A DNA stretch of 64,000 nt from Eledone cirrhosa (Eukaryota), in assembly GCA_964016885.1 (NCBI GenBank), contig OZ024742.1, positions 352,408,001 through 352,472,000 on the forward strand. Direction: 5' to 3'. The stretch's first letter is position 1; each line of letters begins with the position of its first letter. Positions 43,061 to 57,229 of this stretch are shown one piece after another. The notes beneath the pieces were generated by a model. It did not search any database, was not told the origin of the DNA, and saw nothing but the letters and a program-made list of their open reading frames with translations. A program made the translations under genes and the position numbers.

Positions 43061-43302
43061 TACCTCGTTTTACTAGCTTCAAGAATGCGTCTACATGACG
43101 TGAGAAAGAATCCCAAAGGCGGAGGGGGAGATAGTCACGCGATATAACGGTCGAGAAACAGATCTATGGTATTTTCTTCGGGCTTATAAGAGGCTTAGCT
43201 CTGTTTCTCGACCGTTATATCGCGTTACTATCTCCCCCTCCGCCTTTTGGGATTCTATCTCACGTCATGTAGACGCGTTCTTGAAGCTAGTAAAACGAGG
43301 TA

Positions 43303-43392
43303 TCCTCTTGATAAGTCGGCAGACCTCGCAAAAACTCTATATATTGATGATGTATTGTTTTTGTTTATGCCACGAAACTACGTAGTCGAGGA
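43303..43392 (+). ncRNA. Hammerhead, U3-A8 variant, long stem II (right arm)
   Basis: tcctc-TTGATAA-gtcggca...tgccac-GAAA-ctacgtag-TC-gagga. Confidence 0.8.
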
Positions 43393-43743
43393 ATCTAGGA
43401 GCAGTTTAGGTATGATACATTTTATTACTAATGATATCTAAATGTTTTCTTCTCTCTTCATAATATATATATATATATATAATAAAGAATTCATATCTAG
43501 TAACATATATATACATACAGATGCATATCAATGCTAGTAAATATATAGGTTTTGTCTTAATAACATTGTGGTTCAATGCATGGGGATGCAGAACAATAAT
43601 ATAAGAGACGTAAAATAAGAAAATTATAAAATTAACTTACTTACTAAAATATCACTTCCAACTAATTAGTTTCTGGAATATATATATATATACATAAATA
43701 TATATATATATATACACATATATATATATACATATATATATTA

Positions 43744-43790
<47 letters not shown>

Positions 43791-43810
43791 AAAACATATA
43801 TATATATATA

Positions 43811-43866
<56 letters not shown>

Positions 43867-43892
43867 AATAAATATATATATATATACACACG

Positions 43893-43961
<69 letters not shown>

Positions 43962-44001
43962 GATATTAAATAAATGGAAATTATATTTATAAAACCATAT
44001 T

Positions 44002-44067
44002 TATTTAATTATATATATTTCAGGGATATCATATTAAAAATATGTTATGCCTTCTTCAGACAAAATA
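44002..44067 (-). ncRNA. Type I hammerhead (family D, left arm)
   Basis: Mirror image of 44212-44277. Confidence 0.82.
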
Positions 44068-44211
44068 CAATATAAACAGTCTTATAAATAGATAGATTCG
44101 ACATACCTTTTCAACTTCGACTTGCATTTGAAAAGTTGATCAACTTTTCAAATGCAAGTCGAAGTTGAAAAGGTATGTCGAATCTATCTATTTATAAGAC
44201 TGTTTATATTG

Positions 44212-44277
44212 TATTTTGTCTGAAGAAGGCATAACATATTTTTAATATGATATCCCTGAAATATATATAATTAAATA
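44212..44277 (+). ncRNA. Type I hammerhead (family D, right arm)
   Basis: tattttgt-CTGAAGA-agg..cct-GAAA-tatata-TA-attaaata. Confidence 0.82.
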
Positions 44278-44317
44278 AATATGGTTTTATAAATATAATT
44301 TCCATTTATTTAATATC

Positions 44318-44363
<46 letters not shown>

Positions 44364-44388
44364 GTGTGTATATATATATATATTTATG

Positions 44389-44529
<141 letters not shown>

Positions 44530-44546
44530 GTTTTTATATATATATG

Positions 44547-44577
<31 letters not shown>

Positions 44578-44590
44578 TAATATATATATG

Positions 44591-44621
<31 letters not shown>

Positions 44622-44622
44622 G

Positions 44623-44747
<125 letters not shown>

Positions 44748-44823
44748 GTATATATATATATATATATATACATACGTATATATATATATATATATACGTA
44801 TATATATATATATACACATATAT

Positions 44824-44870
<47 letters not shown>

Positions 44871-44905
44871 CATATATACACATATATATCTATATATATA
44901 TATAT

Positions 44906-44958
<53 letters not shown>

Positions 44959-44979
44959 TACACATATATCTACATATAC

Positions 44980-45012
<33 letters not shown>

Positions 45013-45023
45013 TATATATATAT

Positions 45024-45632
45024 GGTGGCTGCCAACTCGTTTTCTAGTACGGCCATTACTTTATATCCATGTAGGAGAACCCCTACGGATGCGCTGAACG
45101 AGTGTTACTTTTTAGTCCAGCCAGCGATTTGAAAACTCTGGTACAAACACTACACTTTTGACAATTATTGACACATAGTGCTGGGACCATGGTACCATCT
45201 GACGACAAGTGCAGAAAGATCTCCAGATATTAAGCAATGCCTGTGCCGTGAAGCTTTTATAGTGAGCAAAGGCACTGCACAAAGCCAGTCCCACTCTCTT
45301 AAACAAGATGATATGTACCAAAAAGAAGAACAAGTCAACATCATTGGATACCATCAGGGTTGCAGGTGTTATATCAGAGTTTTCCTTCTCCTAGAATTCT
45401 GCCTTGACAAAGGCTAAGGGGTCATCTCTCCCGGTGATTTTGGATGGCCATTGACTCTTAAGAGCTCCTTTGCGCTTTGACAGGTTTTGTTTTTAGTCCT
45501 GCAGGATGTCCAAAGTCACCCTCCTCACCAAGAAACCTTGGTGGGGTTGCCAGTTTAGTCGTCAACGACCCGACCATGAGACAGGTTCTACTGGGATACA
45601 TGTTACCAGTAGCACCAACTGGTGACCTGACA
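45024..45632 (-). mobile_element. Bipartite non-autonomous RTE-derived element
   Basis: Near-identical to 41233-41826 and 49033-49654. Confidence 0.8.
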
Positions 45633-45775
45633 TAATATATATATGCAACAGTTCTATTTAAAATTGTTGGGATACAACATGTAAATATTTTTATAACTGA
45701 TATAAAGCGCTCGACAACTATTTGGAGTAGATATACGATATTAATAAATGGAAACTATATTTATAAAATCATATT

Positions 45776-45840
45776 TATTGCATTATACATATTTCAGGGA
45801 TACCAAATTAAATTATGGTATGCCTTCATCAGACAAAATA
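45776..45840 (-). ncRNA. Type I hammerhead in family D copy (~45645-45955)
   Basis: Minus strand: tattttgt-CTGATGA-aggcatacca..tggtatccct-GAAA-tatgta-TA-atgcaata. Confidence 0.82.
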
Positions 45841-46310
45841 CAATATATAACAGTTTTACAAATAAGCTTTGACGTACCCTATTAAAATGCAACCATTATT
45901 TTTGGAAGCCATCCGGATAGTGAGTTGTTTATATTATTTTAATAAGTCATAGTGTTAAGGACAATTAGAAAAAGACGGACAGAAAGAAAAAGACGGAGAG
46001 AGAGAAAGAAAAAAACGTGGAGAAGTCTCACAGAGAGAGAGAGATGAATGGAGAAAAAAGAAAGAGATAAATAAAGACAGGAGGAAAGAAAGAAACAAGG
46101 AAGAAATAAGAAATAAGAAAAACAGAGGAAAGCAACAGAGAGATATTAAGTCATCAGACAGATAGGAAAACTCAAGAGAGAGAAATATTATATAGAGAGA
46201 GGTTGAAATAATGAACATTTTACGTCATGTCATATTAAGTTGAGTTAAGAATTTATATGAAATGAATAATAAAAATATAATTATTAATATTCATGAATGG
46301 GACATAAATA

Positions 46311-46429
46311 TATAATATGAGAAATTAAACATTGTTCAATAATGACTACATGTTTAGTTTAAAACTTGAGATCAATATACCAAAATTTGGGTTTAATCAA
46401 CCAAAATGCTAGAGAAATCAGTATCTTAG

Positions 46430-46491
<62 letters not shown>

Positions 46492-47980
46492 GTCCTGAAA
46501 ATATATTTACTCAAGTCAACAATATAGACATATAAAACGCAGACGATTTCTCTTAATCACTGCTATACATTCCTTGTGTTATAAAAAAGTTCACAGTATA
46601 TATACATAAATACATAAATAAATACATAAATAGATACCTAAATACATAAATACATAAATACATAAATAAATACATAAATATATACCTTAATTTAAGGAGC
46701 AATTTATTCAGTTGCTGCAGACATAGATTGAACTCAACGTTTAAATATAAATATAAATTTAAAATGTAGTATAGTTAATTAAGTAATTTAGTTAATATAT
46801 GAAACCTGTCGATAAATCATTAGATTCTTTCACCTTTTTCTTTTTAAACTTTCTTCCTAAATATAAACATATATATAATAAACTACTCTAAAATATCTAT
46901 ACTTCCAATGTCTTAAATAAAATATACGTAAGATAAATGTCTATACTAAATATAAGGATATCTGTAGAATCCTTGGTTTTTTTTTAATCTTTTGAATTTT
47001 AAAATTTTTAAAACAATTTTTTAATTTTTTAAAATCTTTTAAATTTTTAAATTTTTAAATTTTTAAATTATATTGATATAATATTTATTTAACTCTTATT
47101 TTTATTTTTATTTTTATTTATTTTTATTAGTTTTGTTTTGATTCTGATAGCTTATAATTTTCATAAGTCTACCCTTTCAATATCTAGATTGTAACATAAG
47201 TAGGATAAATTTCTATAATATATATATGAAACATATTATTTTAACTTAAGATACTCTATAGTGTTTTAAACATATTTAATGCTTTGATATTTCTAGAATT
47301 CTTTTGACCTTTTGACACTACTGATATAATTGTATTTCCAAAATATAATCCTTTGGTATCTATATTTATATTGTTATAATTATATTTCCAAAGTATAATC
47401 CTTAGTAATATATTGATATTTGATTATCTCTATACAAATGTGTATGTGTATTAACATGCATATAAAAGTGTTATAGGTTTTTTATGATCGTATATATGTC
47501 TATGTATACATGAGCGATGCGTGAAGACGCACGCAAATATTTATTTATACATATATATGTGTGTATATATATATATATGTATATCTATGTCTGTGGGTAA
47601 GAGATATGTTGCTTAACCACGCAGTTTTGATTGCAGATATGCATAATTTTAACAGAATGTTAAATGCATGAATTGTAATCGTATATATGAAGACAGGAAT
47701 GTTAATGGTATATATTTATGTATATATACTGTGAACTTTTTTATAACACAAGGAATGTATAACAGTGATTAAGAGAAATCGTCTGCATTTTATATGTCTA
47801 TATTGTTGACTTGAGTAAATATATTTTCAGGACGTGTGTATATATATTTGTGTTTCTTTGCCTAATATACTGATTTCTCTAGCATTTTGGTTGATTAAAC
47901 CCACATTTTGGTATATTGATCTCAAGTTTTAAACTAAACATGCAGTCATTATTGAACAATGTTTAATTTCTCATATTATA
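46311..47980. repeat. AT-rich element with ~270-300-bp terminal inverted repeats
   Basis: 46311-46612 versus 47713-47980; left arm has an expanded (TA)n. Confidence 0.85.
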
Positions 47981-48012
47981 TATATATATACATATTATAT
48001 ATATATATACAT

Positions 48013-48200
48013 GGCGGTGAATTGGCAGTATCGGTAGAGGGTCGGACGCCATGCTTTGACGCATAGAGTTACGGCCCTTGCCATTCTGAGTTCAAATCCC
48101 GCCGAGGTTAACTTTGCCTTTCATCCTTACGGGGTCGATAAAATAAAGTACCAGTAATACACTGGGAAATTGCTGGCCTTGTGCCAAAAGTAGAAACAAT

Positions 48201-48203
<3 letters not shown>
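48013..48203 (+). mobile_element. Full-length tRNA-derived SINE
   Basis: A-box-like tggcagtatcgg, B box gagttcaaatccc; central gcctttcatccttacggggtcgataaaat recalls the Meta/MESC SINE domain (from memory). Confidence 0.88.
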
Positions 48204-48246
<43 letters not shown>

Positions 48247-48692
48247 TATATAAACATATATACATAAATACATATATATATAAACATATATACATATATA
48301 CATATATATATATGCATATACATATATATATATCATTAATCATGTCTATAGATCATCAGGAGACAAACTCAAAAACAGACATTTAGTTTTCTAACCGATC
48401 GCGCCAAATTTAGATACAAAAATGGCTAGAATCGCTATGTATGTGTGTACCAGCCAGAGAGAAAGCGTGTGATTGGTTGCTTACGGCGGGTAGGCTTGGT
48501 GCTAGAAAGCGCAGCCATATATATATATATTTATATACATATATATATATACATATATATATATACATATACATATATATATATGTATATTTATATACAT
48601 ATATATATACATATATTTATATACATATATATATATATACATATACATATATATATATATACATATAAATATATATATATATACATACATAT

Positions 48693-48758
<66 letters not shown>

Positions 48759-48776
48759 ATATATATATATATATAC

Positions 48777-48811
<35 letters not shown>

Positions 48812-48844
48812 AACATATATATATATATACATATATATATAAAC

Positions 48845-48895
<51 letters not shown>

Positions 48896-48899
48896 AACA

Positions 48900-48933
<34 letters not shown>

Positions 48934-48950
48934 CATATATAAATATATAC

Positions 48951-48981
<31 letters not shown>

Positions 48982-49032
48982 AATATATACATATATAAAT
49001 ATATACATATACATATATATATATATATATAT

Positions 49033-49654
49033 GGTGGCTGCCAACTCGTTTTCGAGTACGGCCACTACTTTATATCCATGTAGGAGAACTCCTACCGATG
49101 CGCTGAACGAGTGTGACTTTTTAGTCCAGCCAGCGACTTGAAAACTCTGGTACAAACACTACACTTGTGACAAATATTGACATAGTGCAGGGCCCATGAT
49201 ACCATGTGATGACAAGTGCAGAGAGATCTCCAGATATAAAAAATGCCTGTGCCGTGAAGCTTTTATAGTGAGAAAAGGCACTGCACAAAGCCAGTCCCAC
49301 TCTCTTAACCAAGATGATATTTACCAAAAAGAAGAACAAGTCAACATCATTGGATACCATCAGGGTTGCAGGTGTTATATCAGAGTTTTCCTTCTCCTAG
49401 AATTCTGCCTTGACAAAGGCTAAGGGGTCATCTCTCCCGGTGATTTTGGATGGCCATTGACTCTTAAGAGCTCCTTTGCCCTTTGACAGGTTTTGTTTTT
49501 AGTCCTGCAGGATTCCAAAGTCACCCTCCTCACCAAGTCACCCTCCTCACCAGGAAACCTTGGTGGGGTTGCCAGTTTAGTCGCCAACGACCCGACCATG
49601 AGACAGGTTGTACTGGGATACATGTTACCAGTAGCACCAACTGGTGACCTGACA
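49033..49654 (-). mobile_element. Bipartite non-autonomous RTE-derived element
   Basis: 3' end translates as [26 protein letters not shown]. Confidence 0.8.
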
Positions 49655-49682
49655 TACAAATATATATATATATAAATACAAA

Positions 49683-49765
<83 letters not shown>

Positions 49766-49801
49766 GGCAAACTCCCTCGATCCAGTGGTTTAAATATATA
49801 C

Positions 49802-49910
<109 letters not shown>

Positions 49911-49924
49911 CAAACTTAATTGTT

Positions 49925-49955
<31 letters not shown>

Positions 49956-50609
49956 GGCAAACTCCCTCGAGCCAGTGGTTTAAATTCTATAACCTCTTTA
50001 ATATTGAATATTGATTATTAATTTGTTTAACTTCATCCTAGAAGTCTAAACACTGTAACACACTGACTCCCAATATATTCACCTTTACTAAGATGCGGGT
50101 CCCTGTGAACATTTTCTCGCGCCACTCCTGGCCCGACTGTGGTCTGACATTAATATCGACCTCTCTTCCTCTTTCTATCTTCCTTATTGTAGCCATCACC
50201 CCTTACTGTTCTACTTCTCTCGTCTCTTCCTTCTCTTCTCCCCTCTTCCTGTCTTCCTCCGGCAGACTTATCTTCCTTCCCCCTCTTGCTTGCCTATATC
50301 TGACCGGTAGTAGTTGCTTTTCTTCTTATAGCTGTCATTAAACCTGGCTTCTCTTCTTCTTTCTCCAACCTTCGTCTCTCTCCTTCCTTTCTTTCTATCT
50401 TTTACCTTGTGTCATGAGATCGACGTTAACATATGTTCCCATCCCTTTCTGTTCTCGTTTATCTGACCGGTAGTAGCATACTATAAACTTTAGCCACGTC
50501 ACTCCAGGGCGACCGGCTGAAGTTGAAGGAACAGAATAGCGGTCGCCCTCGGGTCCTCGATTTTCAGCCCCATGGATTTTATCTATTACATTCACGTATT
50601 ATATTTCGA

Positions 50610-50667
50610 ATACCTGATGATATCACCGAATTCATACGGAACCCGGTAATTGAAATGATCATAGTAT
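50610..50667 (+). ncRNA. Type I hammerhead in a pLTR-like segment (~49956-50860)
   Basis: atac-CTGATGA-tatcaccg..cggtaatt-GAAA-tgatca-TA-gtat. Confidence 0.85.
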
Positions 50668-50858
50668 AAAAAAGCTTTCAAAAATTTACACAAATCCAGC
50701 CTCCTGTCATTTCATTACAATATTTAACTCCGTAATAGCACCACCAACTACAAAAACAAAGACGGTTGAACTCTCTTACGTTGAGTACTCTCTATATTAT
50801 TGCATTACGATTGACCATACAGAATAGACCAGCTCTATACAGTGGTGAACCTCAAACC

Positions 50859-50963
<105 letters not shown>

Positions 50964-50964
50964 T

Positions 50965-50996
<32 letters not shown>

Positions 50997-50997
<1 letters not shown>

Positions 50998-52322
50998 GTA
51001 AGTATGTATGTATACGTACATACATATATGTATACAGACGTACAATAACATGCATATATATATATATGTATACATATATACATATATACATACAGGTACA
51101 CAGACATATATGTACGCATCAGTTTAGCGGACGCTTATTATAGCGCCTGCTTTGTTCGTTTGTAAACAAACTGAACAGAATGAATTTATGCCGCACGCCG
51201 TTAGGGCAACCACGTCACCTTTTTGTTCAACACTGACACAGGAACGATGTACTAGTTTCAAGCTTGTTAGCTATCATCAGCACCGTATACCCATCTGCCA
51301 GATAGTTGAACGTTCGAAAGTATATACTTTCCTTATGAAAATTAACGGCTTAGCAGCCTAATTTGCATATCGAGTGAGTTAAATCGGTCAGGCGCACCGA
51401 AAACGATGAGTTGTAATAAAATGAAAACGAAATTTCATTTCTCACTCTTAGTACGGCACTTACCTAAATGTAAGTATGTATGTATACGTACATACATATA
51501 TGTATACAGACGTACAATAACATGCATATATATATATATATATATACATATATACATATATACATACAGGTACACAGACATATATGTACGCATCAGTTTA
51601 GCGGACGCTTATTATAGCGCCCGCTTTGTTCGTTTGTAAACAAACTGAACAGCATAATTTATGCCGCACGGTGTTAAGGAAAACCACGTCACCTTTTTGT
51701 TCAACATTGACACAGGAACGATGTACTAGTTTCAAGCTTGTTAGCTATCATCAGCACCGTATACCCATCTGCCAGATAGTTGAACGTTCGAAAGTATATA
51801 TTTTCCTTATGAAAATTAACGGCTGAGCAGCATAATTTGCATATCGAGTGAGTTAAATCGGTCAGGCGCACCGAAAACGATGAGTTGCAATAAAATGAAA
51901 ACGAAATTTCATTTCTCACTCTTAGTACGGCACTTACCTAAATGTAAGTATGTATGTATACGTACATACATATATGTATACAGACGTACAATAACATGCT
52001 TATATATATATATATATATACATATATACATATATACATACAGGTACACAGACATATATGTACGCATCAGTTTAGCGGACGCTTTTTACAGCGCCCGCTT
52101 TGTTCGTTTGTAAACAAACTGAACAGCCTGAATTTATGCCGCCCGGTGTTAAGGCAACCACGTCACATTTTTGTTCAACACTGACACAGGAACGATGTAC
52201 TAGTTTCAAGCTTGTTAGCTATCATCAGCACCGTATACCCATCTGCCAGATAGTTACATACTTACATTTAGGTAAGTGCCGTACTAAGAGTGAGAAATGA
52301 CATTTCGTTTTCATGTTATTAC

Positions 52323-52370
<48 letters not shown>

Positions 52371-52504
52371 GTAATAAAATGAAAACGAAATTTCATTTCT
52401 CACTCTTAGTACGGCACTCACCTAAATGTAAGTATGTAACTATCTGGCAGATGGGTATACGGTGCTGATGATAGCTAACAAGCTTGAAACTAGTACATCG
52501 TTCC
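50997..52504 (-). mobile_element. Second family B tandem array (~475-bp units) ending in a TA-centred hairpin
   Basis: Homologous to 11811-13102; hammerheads at 51244-51286, 51718-51760 and 52192-52234 (minus) and 52459-52501 (plus). Confidence 0.9.
52459..52501 (+). ncRNA. Minimal type I hammerhead (family B, inverted copy)
   Basis: acggtg-CTGATGA-tagct(aaca)agctt-GAAA-ctag-TA-catcgt. Confidence 0.88.
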
Positions 52505-52507
52505 ATC

Positions 52508-52594
<87 letters not shown>

Positions 52595-52670
52595 GTTATT
52601 TATATATATATATATATATTTATATACATATATATATATATTTATATATATATATATATATATATATTTG

Positions 52671-52738
<68 letters not shown>

Positions 52739-52829
52739 TATACATATATATAAATGTAGACATATATATATATATACATATACATATATATATATATATA
52801 CATGTATATATATATGTATACATATATAC

Positions 52830-52862
<33 letters not shown>

Positions 52863-52938
52863 CATATATGCATATATACACATATATGCATATATACATA
52901 TATACATATATATTTATATATATATATATACACATATA

Positions 52939-52990
<52 letters not shown>

Positions 52991-53128
52991 TACGGGTAGG
53001 ACCCCGACGGCTGTGTTCAAACCGTTTTGACGGCTAACTCCCACGACGGCTATTACCCACTCTACTACCCTATGTATTGAGTACTTTGGTGCGTTATGGT
53101 CCACCTGGTTCCTTACCACATTTCCTCC

Positions 53129-53181
<53 letters not shown>

Positions 53182-53252
53182 TAGATATGTAAATATATCC
53201 AAACGGAACTTGAACCGTTAAGGTCTGATTCCTGTGTATGAAACAAACTTTG

Positions 53253-53313
53253 TATCTTATCTGATGAGGACGTACCAAAATGTTGGTACACTTGAAATAT
53301 ATATAATAGAATA
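53253..53313 (+). ncRNA. Type I hammerhead (family D relative)
   Basis: tatcttat-CTGATGA-ggacgtaccaa(aatg)ttggtacactt-GAAA-tatata-TA-atagaata. Confidence 0.8.
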
Positions 53314-53382
53314 AATCTGGTTTTATAAATAGAAATATAGTTTCCATTTATTAATATCATTGATATATATATATATATATAT

Positions 53383-53824
53383 GCAAAAGTTCTATTTAAA
53401 ATTGTTGGGATACAACAACTAAATATTTTGTAACTGATATAAAGCAATCGACAAGTTTTTGGAGTAGATATACGATATTAATAAACTATATTTATAAAAC
53501 TCTAATAAACTATATTTATAAAACCATATTTATTTCATTATACATATTTCAGGGAAACCAAATTAAAATATGGTATGCCTTCATCAGACAAAATACAATT
53601 GTGCTTAATACTATAACTAATAAAATAATAAACAATTCACTATCCAGAAAGCTTCCAAAAATAATGGTTGCATCTAATAGGGTACGTGAAAATTATTTAT
53701 AAAACTGTTTATATATTGTATTTTGTCTGATGAAGGCATAACATATTTTAATTTGGTATCCCTGGAATATGTATAATGAAATAAATATGGTTTTATAAAT
53801 ATAGTTTCCATTTATTAATATCGT
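53383..53824. mobile_element. Family D inverted pair with hammerheads at 53531-53595 (-) and 53719-53783 (+, GAAA mutated to GGAA)
   Basis: Direct sequence match to 30213-30598. Confidence 0.85.
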
Positions 53825-53843
53825 ATATATATATATATATATA

Positions 53844-55028
53844 TTAGAATGATCGAGTATCGAAAAATCGGCGCACGAGTTAACGATAAACAAAATTCGA
53901 AATGAGCGGCAGAGGGCTCAATAATTCAGATGAATCAGAGCTATAACTATCGTTAAAATACCGTCACACATAGAACAAGTCTAAAATCAACCATACGATA
54001 GACCCACTAGAAAGGTGTTAAATCTAGCTTCTTGGGTTTCTGTAAATCCTTAGACTGTACTCTATCAGCTCACATATAAATATATAAGACTTCTAGAATA
54101 AGCGGACTGGAAGTTTACTTCTTCAACGAGCTTCGTCCTAGCGGATAAGAGGCTAACTACAAGCAAAATACGCACATGGAATCCGGCAAGGGAGATAACC
54201 TCTACATCCGCGAAAACTATTCGAGGAAATGTGGAAATACACATATCGAATAAAAGTGCTCAATAGACATGTTAAAATAAAACAGGAGCTATACATCACT
54301 CAATAGAATCGACAAAAAATGAGCAATAAAATTAACTGGTGGATAGCTATGTCCAGAGCTAAAAATATTAGAATGATCGAGTATCGAAAAATCGGCGCAC
54401 GAGTTAACGATAAACAAAATTCGAAATGAGCGGCAGAGGGCTCAATAATTCAGATGAATCAGAGCTATAACTATCGTTAAAATACCATCACACATAGAAC
54501 AAGTCTAAAATCAACCATACGATAAAAAAATCGATAATAGAAGATTCGGGACAATCAGATAAAAAATATCAATAAATCAATAAATCAATAATTTAAATGA
54601 ATGTAAAACCATACCCGGACCCACTAGAAAGGTGTTAAATCTAGCTTCTTGGGTTTCTGTAAATCCTTAGACTGTACTCTATCAGCTCACATATAAATAT
54701 ATAAGACTTCTAGAATAAGCGGACTGGAAGTTTACTTCTTCAACGAGCTTCGTCCTAGCGGATAAGAGGCTAACTACAAGCAAAATACGCACATGGAATC
54801 CGGCAAGGGAGATAACCTCTACATCCGCGAAAACTATTCGAGGAAATGTGGAAATACACATATCGAATAAAAGTGCTCAATAGACATGTTAAAATAAAAC
54901 AGGAGCTATTCATCACTCAATAGAATCGACAAAAAATGAGCAATAAAATTAACTGGTGGATAGCTATGTCCAGAGCTAAAAATATTAGAATGATCGAGTA
55001 TCGAAAAATCGGCGCACGAGTTAACGAT
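53844..55028. repeat. Second family A tandem array
   Basis: Unit restarts at 53844, 54368 and 54985; first unit carries an internal deletion. Confidence 0.95.
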
Positions 55029-57229
55029 ATATATATATATATATATAAATCCGTCTTCCTGCTATATCAAGCGTTAACCTAATATATCCCATCCATATAC
55101 TGTACCGATTGTGTTGTTATTTCTGTTTAACCTTTACATATATATATGTCACACATGAAACAGAGAATCAGTGTTGCCACGAATAACATTTATTAGACAT
55201 ATTACAATCGTTTCTCTGGCGACCAGCTCGAGAAACGATCGATGTAAAGATCAAACCTGACTCTGAAATCGCAAGGTCCTCACATACGTCTCGATTCTAC
55301 GAAGCAGAGTTTCCAAATGTCAAGTTACACCCGCGGCCTTCACTCGGCATCTCAGATGCTTTTGTTGGCATTCTATGAGTGGACAATAATTGTACACGGT
55401 AATCGGTATTTTTGCAATTCATGGCCATCGTATATTTGGTTCTCTTCATTCGCCACCTGTCAATCAAAGTTGTTGCTTAAATCGGAATAACTACTATAGG
55501 AGGTAAGGGGTTGTATGTTTGAACCACTCGCGGCCTGTCGCCGCCTTCTCAACTTGTAGGCGCCTTCACCCATGCCCAAGTTTCGCGCAGGCGTGACACA
55601 TATGGGCAATTATACACCCACAGCGGTCACCTACACACCCGCAACATTATTATATGCGACAATCACAGTAAATATTGAATGTGCAGCGAATACTTAGAAA
55701 TCAGTTTTTAAAAAATGGAAAATCATTTAACAGAACCGTTCAGAAAAACAACCCCGAAAATACCTTGAAAAAACACATTTCAAAAAGAAAAACTCTGTAA
55801 AAAGAACGTTTTTAAAAGAATGCTTGAAATAGCCTTTCACAAAAGTTATTTCAACGGTATTTTTGATAAATATACACATATCTACACACACACACTCTAC
55901 TCGAGAAACCGTATATAGTTAAGACGCTGCACATATATACAGATGAAAAAGTTGAAGATCTACACATATACATGCATAAACTTACATAGACGTGTTCATA
56001 CAAATAGTTCCACCCAGACATGTATACACATGCATATGTGCGTGGACACACATACATACATGGGCATGCTTACACATCTCAAAATAACCACATACTTGAT
56101 GAATACCTACACATCCACACACACATGGCACATAAAATATCATATGAGACAACATTCTTGAGTCTTGGACCCAACCCATTCATGTGGCGATATAAGCTTG
56201 AAAGTGCATGCGCAATATGCATAAGTGCAATAGCTACCTAGTAGTCATGCACTAATAATAGATAACATAGGTGGCACATATATATAAATGCGTGTGCGTA
56301 CATAAAATAAAATAAAATAAAATAAAATAAAATAAAATAAGATAAAATACTGGAAAAAGGACTGTATACATGACAAATATGCAGGGGGGGGGGTATTTGT
56401 TCGAGTCACGCGGACATTATTGGGATGTGCATAAAGTTGCATAAAATATTTGTGAACTGTGGTGCATAGGGTTATATAAGATAGAGGGGGACTGACAATC
56501 AAAAGGATTGGGTAAGAGCCTGCACATTAACCATGCATATGAGACAGGTTTCATGACTGGTGGACAGGGCGAGGGGTGGGGTGCTTACTCAAACAAGTTA
56601 TATATATTGTGATTGTGTAGAATATCCTTTTCATAACAGTACATATGAAATGCATATGGAATAGATGCATACATGGAATATATCGGGAATGTATAGAATA
56701 TGTGTTTCATAAGAGTATATATGAAGTGTATGCATAAGTGTTTCATAAGAGTATATAGGAAGTGTATGCATAAGTGGAATATACCATCGGCTTGTGTTGT
56801 ATAGCAACGGCAGTCAAAGATATAAATAATTGCAACATTAAACTTAAGACCAGCATCAAGGTCAAAATCACAGTTGCAAATTGAACATCACAAATCGAAA
56901 ATTAAAAATTAAAAATCAAAAATTCAAATTCAAATTCAAAACAACACATTTGGTTGTAAACAAAATCAGAATTATATTGAGTCGGCGTCCCCAAGTTTGG
57001 GTAATTGGTGGCCTTGTGTCAAAAGTAGAAACAATTATCTTATTATCACATGGTTGTACTTATAATGTATTCATAGTGAATGGTCTTCAAAATGTTTTTA
57101 ATTAAACATACAGTATATTGCCAAATATACTATACATACATTCATGTAGTTGACATTTTTTTTATCTATCTATTTATTTATTTTTATTTTTATTTACAAT
57201 AGTTTATAACTTTGCCTATTAATCCGTAT

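Larger units (their letters stand above)
42900..43464. mobile_element. ~565-bp inverted-repeat element (~263-bp arms, ~37-bp spacer) with one hammerhead per arm
   Basis: 42900-43162 versus 43200-43464. Confidence 0.9.
43961..44318. mobile_element. Family D spacer-less palindrome, 179-bp arms
   Basis: Axis at 44139/44140 (aaagttga|tcaacttt); (TA)n on both sides. Confidence 0.95.

Noticed and set aside
48345-48365. Minus-strand CTGATGA in a relative of the 10.2-10.8 kb element
   Set aside because: Truncated by (TA)n before GAAA and stem III
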